DNA of 46,870 bases from an uncultured Gammaproteobacteria bacterium. Its GTDB lineage: Bacteria; Pseudomonadota; Gammaproteobacteria; Cardiobacteriales; CAKMZF01. The stretch lies in the NCBI GenBank assembly GCA_929200405.1, contig CAKMZF010000001.1, forward strand, positions 1 through 46,870, in the 5' to 3' direction. Each line of letters starts with the position of its first letter. Position 1 is the stretch's first letter. A program made the translations under genes and the position numbers. This document shows positions 28,824 to 38,743 of the stretch, one piece after another. The notes beneath the pieces are model-generated. The model made no database searches and was not told the DNA's origin. It was given only the letters and a program-made list of their open reading frames with translations.

Positions 28824-29555
28824 ATGTCCTCTATATCTGACAATAAACCGCAATTTCTACCGGATGATCATTTTTGGGAAAAGCTAAAAAGTGTCGATAC
28901 GCCAACAATCTGCAACGCCATTGAAGTGGCTGAGGGCCAACGCGGATTTAATAATTTCACGCATCAAACAATGCTCTGTGCTGATGTGAAATTGCCAGCT
29001 ATATGTGGCTATGCGCGCACAGCACGCATAAAAGCAGTAACACCTCCAGAGGAGTCAAAAGAAGTGATTCAGGCTAGGCGTATGGACTATTATAAATATA
29101 TGGCCGATGCAGCAGAGCATTCTGTGGTGGTGATAGAAGATGTTGATTATCCTCATGCAATAGGCGCATTCTGGGGAGAGATTAATACAGCCGTACATTC
29201 TGGCTTTGGTTTAGATGGAGTGCTTACGAATGGGGTAATGCGTGATCTCGGTGACATGCAACCGGGCTTTCAAGTGATCGCGGGTTCGGTAGGCCCCTCG
29301 CATGGGTTTGTGCATGTCTTAGATTTTGGCCAGCCTGTATCGTTCTTTGGTTTGAAAGTACAGCCTAATGATATTGTACATGCTGATCGTCATGGTGCAG
29401 TGGTTATACCAGAAGCAGTGTTACCTAAATTAGTACAAGCTATTGATACTCTGTTGGAGAGTGAACATTTGGTATTAGGACCAGCCAGAGAGCCAGGTTT
29501 TAATTTTGAAAAGTTCCAAGCCGCTTGGTCGGCATTTGAAAAGGCGAGAACCTGA
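28824..29555 (+). CDS. RraA/HMG-aldolase family protein
   Basis: DTPTICNAIE, GYARTA, FWGE, NGVMRDL, DIVHADRHGAVVIP. Confidence 0.87.
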   Translation: MSSISDNKPQFLPDDHFWEKLKSVDTPTICNAIEVAEGQRGFNNFTHQTMLCADVKLPAICGYARTARIKAVTPPEESKEVIQARRMDYYKYMADAAEHSVVVIEDVDYPHAIGAFWGEINTAVHSGFGLDGVLTNGVMRDLGDMQPGFQVIAGSVGPSHGFVHVLDFGQPVSFFGLKVQPNDIVHADRHGAVVIPEAVLPKLVQAIDTLLESEHLVLGPAREPGFNFEKFQAAWSAFEKART

Positions 29556-29582
29556 GCAATAATTTCTGGATTTATTGCCGCT

Positions 29583-29617
29583 AGCCTCACTCAGCTATTT
29601 AGGCTGAGCGAGGTTTT
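29583..29617 (+). terminator. Intrinsic terminator ending the catabolic operon
   Basis: CCTCACTCAGC-TATTTAG-GCTGAGCGAGG followed by TTTT, between convergent genes. Confidence 0.6.
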
Positions 29618-29631
29618 AAGATATCCAAGTA

Positions 29632-30087
29632 TTAGCTTGCGTTGATTAAACTGCGTAGCTGTTCAATGCGCTTAGCATTGGCGCCGAGGTCAGAATGACC
29701 TACTCTTGAAGCGGAGCGCACTTCTACTTGGTTATCCTCTGTGTTCTTTCGCAGCTCAAAGTCATCGGTAAAGCCGAAAAATTTACTGGTAAAAGTGGCA
29801 TGTAAATAATCTACTTCCTGAGACACAATTTTTCCTCCCGCTGTCGCAACGGCAGAGATTAGGTCTTGCCAAAGTTGATTGACGTCATTTTCTTTAGCTT
29901 TATAAGCAGAAATTTGGGTCTTATCTGGATATATTTCAGAACATTCGCAGTTTGGTTTCTCACCACAAGGCTGTAGTTTGTGAGCAACCAAGCCTAAAAT
30001 TGGCTGCTCACTGTTCCACCAGACCAGTGATTTAAAGTAAATGCCAACGAGACAAATTAAAAAAACAACAAGCCACAAAAATTTCAT
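29632..30087 (-). CDS. DUF1499 domain protein
   Basis: N-terminal TM, LQPCGEKPNC.CS, YLHATFTS..FGFTDD.E, VRSASRVGHSDLGANAKRIE. Confidence 0.88.
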   Translation of the reverse strand: MKFLWLVVFLICLVGIYFKSLVWWNSEQPILGLVAHKLQPCGEKPNCECSEIYPDKTQISAYKAKENDVNQLWQDLISAVATAGGKIVSQEVDYLHATFTSKFFGFTDDFELRKNTEDNQVEVRSASRVGHSDLGANAKRIEQLRSLINAS

Positions 30088-30389
30088 ATTACACCTAAAT
30101 TTTGAGTAGAAACTCCTGCTATTTTCTCAGGAGTGTAAAAAGTGCAGCAGTGTACAGTCATTAGATTAACTAACAATAAATCAATTTTTAATAAATTATA
30201 GATTATAAGTTGCAGGTTTGAATGAAAAGCTGCAACTAATATAAATTAATTTTACAATGATTTGTACATAGAGCAATAACAATGTATCGTGAATATTAAT
30301 GTTAATTTTTTGTTATTAATTAAGATTTCAAATGTAGTCTACCATTGGTAGATTAGGTAAGTGAACATCGATAGATAACAATTTTAGGA

Positions 30390-32069
30390 GTGGTTATGTG
30401 TTGGTTGAAGAGAGCGAAAACAGATGCTTTAACAGGAATTCTGGCTTCGCTTTTGAAGCTTATGAAATCAGTCTGTTTGTCGGCATTATGTCTGCTCTCA
30501 TTTGCGCAAGCGGAGCAGCCAGAATCAGCGGACTGTCATATTGTCACCAGCATTCATATATCGGAATTTGACCTAGTTTTTAGCCCTTTCGATATGGGTT
30601 TCTCGCCAATTAACTTTATTGGTGATATGACTTTTTTGACGTTATTTGATTTGAATGGCGCAGGTGGCATTGAGCCGAGATTTGCGAAACACTGGGAGAG
30701 TGAGAATAACAAATTAGTTATTGAGTTAGATGATCGCTGCCGTTGGTCTGATGGTGCGAAAATAACAGCCAGAGATATGGTCGATGGTATTCGTTTGATG
30801 TTCACAAATGCTGACTCATATGTGGCTGGCAGAGCGCTTTTTAAGTTTGGTATTGAGGTGCTTAATGGGACTATGCCATTAAGTAATCTAGGCGTTAGGG
30901 TGGTAGGGGATAATCACATAGAGATAGAGTATGTTGGGGCTCAAAAGCTGATGTTGAATGCTTTGGCACAACCATTTTATACACCGGTTCCAAATCATTT
31001 GCTTGACGCAGGTGAGGTCAAATGGCCAACACAGGAATTGCTTCCGATAACGAGTGGCGTTTATATAGGAAAGCATCTAAGCAGCGCTGATAATAGGTTG
31101 ATGTTATCAAAAAATCCGTATTATTGTTCTCATCTTCCCATCGCTATTTCAACAGCGGAGATATTAACCAATATCTCAGACAGGGCATCGGTAAGAGAAT
31201 TTATTTTCAAGAAGCTAGATGCCATTTCAAGAGTCACTTCCAGATTTATGCAGACATTGGTTAACCGCAGCAAGAGCGATGATAGTTATACTATAGGGGC
31301 GCACTCGGTGCTAGATAATAAAACGGTTTATTATCTTTTTATTAATCAGCTATTACCGGAGCTAACTGACTCGCGGGTTAAGTCGGCAATTCGTTTGGCG
31401 ATTGACCATGACTTGTATTTAAGTTCTGCAATGTTGGGCAGGCTGGCCAAGCGATTGAGTTCTTATACTCCAAACTATGAGAGATATAACCCACCAGCTT
31501 ATGATTATGGATCTTCTGATTATCAGCAAAGAATTGAGCAAGCCAAGGCATTAATGAGATCGGCTGGATATTCAGATGAGAATCCTTTACTACTAGATCT
31601 TCCAGTCAGGCAAAACCATTATCTAAAGCAAATGGCAGAAGCTTTAGGTGGAATGCTTAGCCAAGTCTATATAAAGCCGGTGTACCGAAATGCGGGGGAA
31701 GGTTCGGACTATTACTATGAGATGGACAAGGGCAATTTTGGTGCTGGTTTTTTTATTTGGGTAGGTGACTTTCCCGATCCCAGTAATTTTTTAGCGGGAA
31801 TCCTAGCAAAGAGATTTATTGATGAAAAAGTACATGCCAGACTAAAACAGAAGTTAATTGATAGCAATCATGCTGTTAATTCAGAAGAGAGTTACCGCCT
31901 ATTGGCAGAGTTAGAGAGCGATTTGGCTGAATTGGGGCATGTTATTCCGCTCTATATTATTAATCGTGGTTGGGCAGTGCGAAAGCCTTATCAGTTTGGA
32001 GGTCTGGATACATTGACTGTTAGAAATATTCAGAGTCCAGAATGTTTAGAAAAAGCATTGGCAAACTAA
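30390..32069 (+). CDS. Orphan family-5 (OppA/DppA-like) solute-binding protein; start may be ATG 30396 or 30462
   Basis: P.FAKHWE, RWSDGAKITARD, KNPYY, DSRVK.AI.LAID, AKALM..AGY, WVGDFPDP. Confidence 0.8.
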   Translation: MVMCWLKRAKTDALTGILASLLKLMKSVCLSALCLLSFAQAEQPESADCHIVTSIHISEFDLVFSPFDMGFSPINFIGDMTFLTLFDLNGAGGIEPRFAKHWESENNKLVIELDDRCRWSDGAKITARDMVDGIRLMFTNADSYVAGRALFKFGIEVLNGTMPLSNLGVRVVGDNHIEIEYVGAQKLMLNALAQPFYTPVPNHLLDAGEVKWPTQELLPITSGVYIGKHLSSADNRLMLSKNPYYCSHLPIAISTAEILTNISDRASVREFIFKKLDAISRVTSRFMQTLVNRSKSDDSYTIGAHSVLDNKTVYYLFINQLLPELTDSRVKSAIRLAIDHDLYLSSAMLGRLAKRLSSYTPNYERYNPPAYDYGSSDYQQRIEQAKALMRSAGYSDENPLLLDLPVRQNHYLKQMAEALGGMLSQVYIKPVYRNAGEGSDYYYEMDKGNFGAGFFIWVGDFPDPSNFLAGILAKRFIDEKVHARLKQKLIDSNHAVNSEESYRLLAELESDLAELGHVIPLYIINRGWAVRKPYQFGGLDTLTVRNIQSPECLEKALAN

Positions 32070-32444
32070 ATAGGTGCAATTCTTTAGTATTTTTTCATCT
32101 AATAACTAATTTCTTGATTGTTTCATCAGGTTGATATGCAAATAGTTATAGATATGACTCTATAAAGCACCAATTTTTCAGTGCTTTTTGGTCTTGATTG
32201 ATTTCCCCTTGAGCATTACTGTTTTCATTCATGCAATATTATACTGATTTTTTGATGTTAATTCTTAAGGTGGTTATTTCTACTATGTTTTGCTTTGAGA
32301 TAGTGAGAATTATTGCAAGACAGGCAGAAACCACGAGAACTCGTAGAGTTATAGCTATAAAAAATAACATTCTTGTCATATGACGGCTAAATATCATAAT
32401 GGTATTTTTTATTCATATTCATTAATAATTTAATTTATCAAATT

Positions 32445-34412
32445 ATGAAATTAAGAGAAAAAATATCTGTCTTCGTTTTATTTACAGGGCTGTTGGGGAT
32501 GCTGGTCTCTTATGCAATAGCGCATTCTAGTGCTTCTAAGTTGTCTCAGAAGTACTATGAGGATACGCTTCATGCAGTTAGAGAAGCGAAATCTACCCAG
32601 ATCAGAACTTATTTCAAAAGAATGCGTGATGAGACTTCTATGTTGTCTCAAAACTTGCTGACAGTTGAAGCGACAAAAGATTTTATTCAAGCCTTCAAAA
32701 AAGTAAAAGATTTCATGCCAGAATTAGATTCTGAGGTGTCTGAAACGACAATAAATCAGCTCAAGCGGATGACTGCAGCTGGCGACAATAAGTCGGCTAT
32801 TGAGTCGGTGATGTACCAAATGTCAGCTGAAGAGAGATTTTCTGAAAAAATCTCAGCATTTAATGAATATAGTAAGACTTATTTTAAATACAATCCTTCT
32901 TTATCTTTGACATCTGATAAATTTAATTATCACAATATACTGATTGTAGATGCAGAGACGGGTGATTTGGTTTATTCAGTCAAACAAGAGTATGAGTTTG
33001 GCAGGAGTTTGTTAAATCACACAGGGGAGGTTTGCAATCTGTGCAAGGCATTTCTCTCAGCTAAAAATGCTTATTACAAAGATTTTGTCAGATTGATTGA
33101 TTTTGATTTTTACTCTAGCACTAGCAAAATTCCTGCGTCATTTGTTTCTGCCCCGATTTATGATGGCGATAAATTGATTGCTACGATGATTGTGCATCTC
33201 TCGGTTGACGAGATTATCAATATTATGAATGGCAGTGAAAACTGGGAAGGTGAGGGCTTAGGGATGAGCGGCGAAACTTTTATTGTGGGTGCGGATTTTA
33301 AGATGCGCAGTCATTCACGCTTTTTTACTGAAGATAAAGAAAGCTATTTAGAAAGCTTGGATGAAGCAGGAGCATCGCAGAGTACGATCGAGAAAATCAG
33401 ACAGAATGACACTACAGTTTTGTATCAGAAAGTAGATACTGATGCCGTGCAAGATGCCTTACTTGGTAAATCTGGGGAGCAATATAATATTGATTATAGA
33501 GGTGTGAAGGTGCTTTCCTCATATAGTCCACTGAACATTCCTGATGTGAACTGGGCAGTAATTTCGGAAATTGACTATGAAGAGATTGTTGCACCTGTTA
33601 AAGCGCTGCAAAGAAATACCTTTATTCAGATCTGTGGATTTTCCTCTTTGCTATTATTGTTAAGTACTTTCTTTTCTAGAAAGATAACTGGACCATTAAG
33701 TAGTTTAACAGTGGCATTAGAGCAATTAGGTGAGGGTAATTTTAACCAGAAACTCGCCATTAAAAGCGACGATGAAATTGGTGTTTTAACGCGTTATTTT
33801 AACCATACCTCAGCAGAGTTGGAGTCTATGACAAAATCAGTTGATGCTTTCCGCAGTAAGTCTGATAATCTAGAAAAAGAGATAGAAGAGGTGGTTAAGT
33901 TATCACAATATGATTTTTTGACGGGTGCCTATAACCGAAATATGATTTCAATGGAAATTAATCAGCTCTTGTCCGATCGACGTAATCTCAGTAAAAGGAA
34001 CACTGTCCTAATGTTTGATCTGGATAACTTTAAGTATATCAATGATACCTTTGGCCATGATAAAGGTGATGAAATTCTTAAGATAATCGCCGATTTGGTG
34101 CAGGATAGAAAAAGAGATCAAGACATCTTCGCGCGTTGGGGCGGGGATGAGTTTATGATGCTTTTGCCATCAACAAACCTGCGTCAAGCAAATTTCTTTG
34201 CTGAGAAAATGCGTCAGAGAATTGAGGCGCATCCGGTGCTACGTCGAAATAATATTACTTGTAGTTTTGGTATTACCCAGATTGATACTCAAAAATCTGA
34301 GGAAGAGATATTTAAACAGGTAGATATCGCGCTGTATGAGGCAAAGAACCAAGGTCGAAATTGCGTTAAAAACTTTGGGGAAGAAACGACATTGGCTGTA
34401 AAAGTACATTAA
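32445..34412 (+). CDS. Membrane diguanylate cyclase (periplasmic Cache-like sensor, HAMP, GGDEF)
   Basis: Two TMs, GLGMSGETFIVG.D..MRS, DYRGV.VLS.Y.P, HAMP DEIG.L, D.LTG.YNR, DLDNFK.INDTFGH..GD, RxxD I-site (RDQD) and GGDEF. Confidence 0.93.
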   Translation: MKLREKISVFVLFTGLLGMLVSYAIAHSSASKLSQKYYEDTLHAVREAKSTQIRTYFKRMRDETSMLSQNLLTVEATKDFIQAFKKVKDFMPELDSEVSETTINQLKRMTAAGDNKSAIESVMYQMSAEERFSEKISAFNEYSKTYFKYNPSLSLTSDKFNYHNILIVDAETGDLVYSVKQEYEFGRSLLNHTGEVCNLCKAFLSAKNAYYKDFVRLIDFDFYSSTSKIPASFVSAPIYDGDKLIATMIVHLSVDEIINIMNGSENWEGEGLGMSGETFIVGADFKMRSHSRFFTEDKESYLESLDEAGASQSTIEKIRQNDTTVLYQKVDTDAVQDALLGKSGEQYNIDYRGVKVLSSYSPLNIPDVNWAVISEIDYEEIVAPVKALQRNTFIQICGFSSLLLLLSTFFSRKITGPLSSLTVALEQLGEGNFNQKLAIKSDDEIGVLTRYFNHTSAELESMTKSVDAFRSKSDNLEKEIEEVVKLSQYDFLTGAYNRNMISMEINQLLSDRRNLSKRNTVLMFDLDNFKYINDTFGHDKGDEILKIIADLVQDRKRDQDIFARWGGDEFMMLLPSTNLRQANFFAEKMRQRIEAHPVLRRNNITCSFGITQIDTQKSEEEIFKQVDIALYEAKNQGRNCVKNFGEETTLAVKVH

Positions 34413-34595
34413 GAGCCGTAGTTGCTCCTACCACCCCTGACATCCTTATTGCTGTGCTAAATGTCGTTACTATCGATATTTAGCACAGGTTTGTTTGAGT
34501 TTTCTCACAATCGATATTGGTAGTGTTATTATTGCCGTGAAATTTAGCTCGGTAATTGGGCCGGTAATTTGAAAAATTTGGTTCAGGAGATTGCG

Positions 34596-35720
34596 ATGCA
34601 GAATTATTATATGTTTGTTGGTCAAGCCAATCGAGATATTCCCTACGTTCGGCAAGTGAGTGGCTGCGGAATAAGTGTTTATACTTTCAATCCGGAAACT
34701 GCTAGGGTTGAATTTATTACCGAGAGTAATCAATCAGACAATCCTACTTATCTTACCTATTCGACTCAAAATAACGCACTATACGTTACCAATGAAGTTA
34801 TTCAGTGGCCAGAGGGTGCTATCACCTGTTATTCATTTGCACCTAAACAGCAGACTTTGCGCTATGTAAAGAAACAACTGATTTCAGGTACTATGACCGC
34901 TTATGTGGCCTTAGATAGCCAGGATAAAAATATTCTCGTGGCAAACTATGGGCATGCTGAAGACGCGGATTATTCTGGTGGTTCAGTGGCAGCTGTTCCC
35001 TGTGATGGTAGTCATTTGCAAACAATGACCGGACAAGTTTCCTTTGCTGGGGGAGGGATAGATGCCGAGCGCCAAGGTGGTTCTCATCCACATTGCATTA
35101 TTTCCAGTGCTGACAATCATTTTGTGATTATTGCTGATTTGGGGCTGGATGTATTATCAGTGCATCATTTTAATGCGGCAACTGGTGAGATTTCATCATC
35201 AGCAGTGTCGCAATATAGAACAGTTGCTGGTGCTGGTCCTAGGCAGGTGATTCGCAATGCTAGAGGTGATCGCTTGTATCTGCTAAATGAGCTTGATGGT
35301 ACGGCAAGTGCTTTGAGTTTTGATAGAGAGACAGGAGAAATTTTGCCGATTAATACCTTATCGACAATGCCAGATAATCTTGAAATTGTGCCTTTAAGTG
35401 CAGATATACAAATTCATCCCAATGAGAAATTTATTTATGTTAGCAACAGGATCACTAACACTCTATCGACTCTGTCGGTGGATGCTGCAACAGGTGCTAT
35501 CGCTTTAATAGATTGCATCCCCAGTGGTGGTGAAACACCACGCAGTATTTGCGTAGATCCTACAGGGGCTTTTTTGGTAGTTGCCAATCAAGATAGTGAT
35601 AATTTGCAGAGCTTTGCAATTAATGCAGAGACAGGTGCACTGGCCTTGATAGGTGAACCCCTGAGCGTTGGTAGTCCTACCTGCGTGAAAATTTGTCCCG
35701 TAACCACAACAGAGGACTAA
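34596..35720 (+). CDS. Seven-bladed lactonase (6-phosphogluconolactonase/YbhE family); start taken as ATG 34596
   Basis: NPTYL, LVANY, RQ..SHPH, ADLGLD, GAGPR, NELD, YVSNR, G.TPR, VANQDSD; AGGAG RBS. Confidence 0.88.
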   Translation: MQNYYMFVGQANRDIPYVRQVSGCGISVYTFNPETARVEFITESNQSDNPTYLTYSTQNNALYVTNEVIQWPEGAITCYSFAPKQQTLRYVKKQLISGTMTAYVALDSQDKNILVANYGHAEDADYSGGSVAAVPCDGSHLQTMTGQVSFAGGGIDAERQGGSHPHCIISSADNHFVIIADLGLDVLSVHHFNAATGEISSSAVSQYRTVAGAGPRQVIRNARGDRLYLLNELDGTASALSFDRETGEILPINTLSTMPDNLEIVPLSADIQIHPNEKFIYVSNRITNTLSTLSVDAATGAIALIDCIPSGGETPRSICVDPTGAFLVVANQDSDNLQSFAINAETGALALIGEPLSVGSPTCVKICPVTTTED

Positions 35721-35750
35721 AAAGCAGAGAGTTAAAACTTTTGGAGAATT

Positions 35751-35951
35751 TTATTCTGAAAAAGTTGACTTTTTAGTACGCTTTGAATCTGTGCTCACGG
35801 GCTGTAGCGGCGACTCTTCATCCATCAAAATATCTTGACCGTGGCGCTCAATATCTTCGAACTGATTGCTTTGAATAGCGTAGATAAAGACGGCGATAAT
35901 AATCGCCACTAAGATCATGGCGATGGGAATAAGTATGTAGAGTATCTCCAT
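35751..35951 (-). CDS. ccoS: cbb3-type oxidase maturation protein
   Basis: MEILYILIP...F.YAI.S.QFED.E....IL.D; directly downstream of ccoI. Confidence 0.88.
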   Translation of the reverse strand: MEILYILIPIAMILVAIIIAVFIYAIQSNQFEDIERHGQDILMDEESPLQPVSTDSKRTKKSTFSE

Positions 35952-35965
35952 AATTTGATCTATGG

Positions 35966-38497
35966 TTAGGATTTAAGTCTGCGAGCGTTAAGTAGCACAA
36001 CTAGTGAGCTGAGTGACATGCCGATGGCTGCAAATAATGGTTGAATATAACCAGAGGCAGCAAAGGGGATAGCCAATAGATTATAACCCAAAGCCCAGCT
36101 AAGATTTTGTTTGATAATGCGCTGCGTTTTTATAGAGAGTTTGTGTAACTCGGTTATTTCGGCTAAATCTGCACCTACCATCACTATATCGGCACCTGAA
36201 ACGGCTAAAGGGGCAGCGCCTTCTACTGCGACTGAGACGTCACAATGCGCCAGCACTGGCGAGTCGTTAATGCCATCGCCGACCATCAATAGGCTATTGT
36301 CTTTCTTTACCTGTAACTGCGACACTATTTCTAGTTTTTTCTCAGGTTTGCAATTTGCATATACCATGTCAATCCCCAGCTGCTTTGCTAAATGTCTGGC
36401 CGGAAGTTCAGCATCTCCAGTGAGCATGATGACCTGTTTTTGTTGCGATAAAAAGTAATCAATGGTTTCTTGGACTCCGGTTCGCAAAGTGTTCTCAAAT
36501 TCAAAAATTACCAATACAGCTTGTTTTGTGGCCAGTATAGTATGAGCAGTATCAGGCAACTTAATTGCAATATCGGTGCCTAGTTTTTTGCGAATAAAGT
36601 CAGCAGAGCCAAGAAAATAATTCTTTCCATCAATTACCCCAGACAAACCAGCACCCACTGTGTTGTGCCAATCTGTAGTGGTTAGCAGGGCGCGCTGGTT
36701 GTGCGCTGTGATAGCAGATGCTAATGGATGTTCTGAATTGACTGTTAGGGATGCTGCGATTTGCAATAAATCATCGCTGCTTTCTGGCACGTTAGTCTTC
36801 GTGATCAGTCTACTGTTGCTGACTGTCAAGTTGCTTTGAGTCAGAGTGCCAGTTTTATCAAAAATCACATGAGTTACTTTTGGCAACTGCTCTATGGCGG
36901 CGCTATTTGCAAGTAATAAGCCTTTGCTGATCAGGCGATTATTCGCGATAGCGAGGGCAGTCGGAGAAGCAAGAGACAAAGCACAAGGACAGGAAACCAC
37001 TAATACTGAGATAGTGATATCAAGCCATAGGGTAGGGTCGTAAATCCACCAATAAATCGCCACCAAAGAAGCCAGTGATAACACACCAATAGCAAACCAT
37101 CTGGCGATATAATGTAACAGTATAGAGGGTTCGTTTTTGTTCATCATGCTTTGCTGAGCTAAAGCTTCTATACCCGAGAGCACCGTTTGCTCATTGCTGG
37201 CAGTAACCTCTATAACCAGAGGCTGCTCTATATTAATGCTGCCTGCAATCACGCTATCGCCTGCCATTATTGCTATAGGCTTGCTCTCACCACTGATAAC
37301 TGCTTGATTGAGTTTGGAGTTGCCAGCTCGAATAATGCCATCTGCTGGCAGAGTATGACCGGGCAATACTCGCACCCAATCCTTTGGCACTAGCTCTTTA
37401 GCGCTGATAATTTCGTGTTCCGCATGATGACTTTTTTGCTGCATCCGCATAGCGGTTAGCGGGATATGCTGCGCCAGTCGCTCGATGCTTTGTGCTGCTA
37501 ATAATCTAGAGTTATGTACGGTGTAGCGAGCTAACAGAAGGAATAGTACAAACATGGCGATGGAGTCAAAATATACTTCCCCTCTGTTGCTAATGACCGC
37601 CCAAATACTGGCCAAGAAAGCTAGCGATAGTCCTAATGTGACGGGCGTATCCATGCCCAGACGGTGGGTTTTGAGCTGTTGCATGCTTGCGCTAAAAAAA
37701 GGTCTAGCGCTGTAAAGCATTATAGGTAAGCAAAATAACAGCCCAGCTTTGTGTAATAGCTCTTGCCATTGTGGGTCAATCCCTGAGAATGCTGCAAAAT
37801 AAAGCCCTACAGAAATGACCATAATCTGCATGCCCAAGGCGGCGGTAATACCGAGCCTTTTGAGTTGTTGCTTACGCTGACTTAGCAATTTCTGATATTG
37901 CACTCTTGGCTCGTAAGGGCTGGCGCCATAACCGATACTATGTATTTGCGTTAAAATCTCACTGACTGTTATCAGCGCAGGATTCCAGCGAATAACCGTG
38001 GTGAGGTTGCTTAGATTGGTATCTATATCGACAATGCCATCTTGCTTTAACAGGTGATGATCTATTAGCCAAACGCACGCCGCACAAGTTAGTCCATCTA
38101 ACATTAGCGTTATTTCATCTAGGTCATCACCTAGATTCCGCACATATTGCTGGCGTATCGAGGAATTATCATAAATAGCCGTGTTTCTTAGAGCTTCAGG
38201 TATAAGGTCTTCTGGGGAGGTACCAATTTTCTTATCGGCATCGCGATATGCGTAATAGTTTTGCAGTCCTGCATCAATAATGACTTTGGCGACTGCGACG
38301 CAGCCTGGGCAGCAGAATTGTTTAGGTGTTTTATCAGTAATGCAGCTGATAGTCAGTTGATAATTAGTGCCAGCAGGGTTAGGTAATCCGCAGTGAAAAC
38401 AATCGGATTCATTGAGATCAACTGAGGCTTTGGGCATGAGTGATTCTGGCATGAAATGTAGAGCTGAGAATTTTGCAGGTTTTCTAAATGATAACAA
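35966..38497 (-). CDS. ccoI: Cu-translocating P1B ATPase for cbb3 assembly; start may be ATG 38452 or 38437
   Basis: CFHCGLP...FCCPGC, HMA GLTCAAC, SGES, CPC, DKTGT, SEHP, GDGIND. Confidence 0.92.
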   Translation of the reverse strand: MLSFRKPAKFSALHFMPESLMPKASVDLNESDCFHCGLPNPAGTNYQLTISCITDKTPKQFCCPGCVAVAKVIIDAGLQNYYAYRDADKKIGTSPEDLIPEALRNTAIYDNSSIRQQYVRNLGDDLDEITLMLDGLTCAACVWLIDHHLLKQDGIVDIDTNLSNLTTVIRWNPALITVSEILTQIHSIGYGASPYEPRVQYQKLLSQRKQQLKRLGITAALGMQIMVISVGLYFAAFSGIDPQWQELLHKAGLLFCLPIMLYSARPFFSASMQQLKTHRLGMDTPVTLGLSLAFLASIWAVISNRGEVYFDSIAMFVLFLLLARYTVHNSRLLAAQSIERLAQHIPLTAMRMQQKSHHAEHEIISAKELVPKDWVRVLPGHTLPADGIIRAGNSKLNQAVISGESKPIAIMAGDSVIAGSINIEQPLVIEVTASNEQTVLSGIEALAQQSMMNKNEPSILLHYIARWFAIGVLSLASLVAIYWWIYDPTLWLDITISVLVVSCPCALSLASPTALAIANNRLISKGLLLANSAAIEQLPKVTHVIFDKTGTLTQSNLTVSNSRLITKTNVPESSDDLLQIAASLTVNSEHPLASAITAHNQRALLTTTDWHNTVGAGLSGVIDGKNYFLGSADFIRKKLGTDIAIKLPDTAHTILATKQAVLVIFEFENTLRTGVQETIDYFLSQQKQVIMLTGDAELPARHLAKQLGIDMVYANCKPEKKLEIVSQLQVKKDNSLLMVGDGINDSPVLAHCDVSVAVEGAAPLAVSGADIVMVGADLAEITELHKLSIKTQRIIKQNLSWALGYNLLAIPFAASGYIQPLFAAIGMSLSSLVVLLNARRLKS

Positions 38498-38743
38498 TAA
38501 CCATAACAGTTGTTGGTGATTTCAATGCCCTTGGTTAGATCTGGCCATTGTCAGGTTTGGGTGTGAAAGAGTTTAACTTAGCTCAGAATACTCCTAAATT
38601 GACTAAAATCCTACTGCTCAAAATACTTAGGTATAAGCCCTGATTAAACCCCTAGGGTTAAAGAATATAATGAAGTTAAGCTGAATAAAAATCGACTATC
38701 CCTAGTGAAAATAGAGTAGTATCAAAAGTGTAGGGATGCATAA

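Noticed and set aside
38599-38725. FNR/Anr boxes upstream of the cco genes (TTGACTAAAATCCT, TAGAGTAGTATCAA)
   Set aside because: Two to three mismatches to TTGAT-N4-ATCAA in AT-rich DNA; too weak to call
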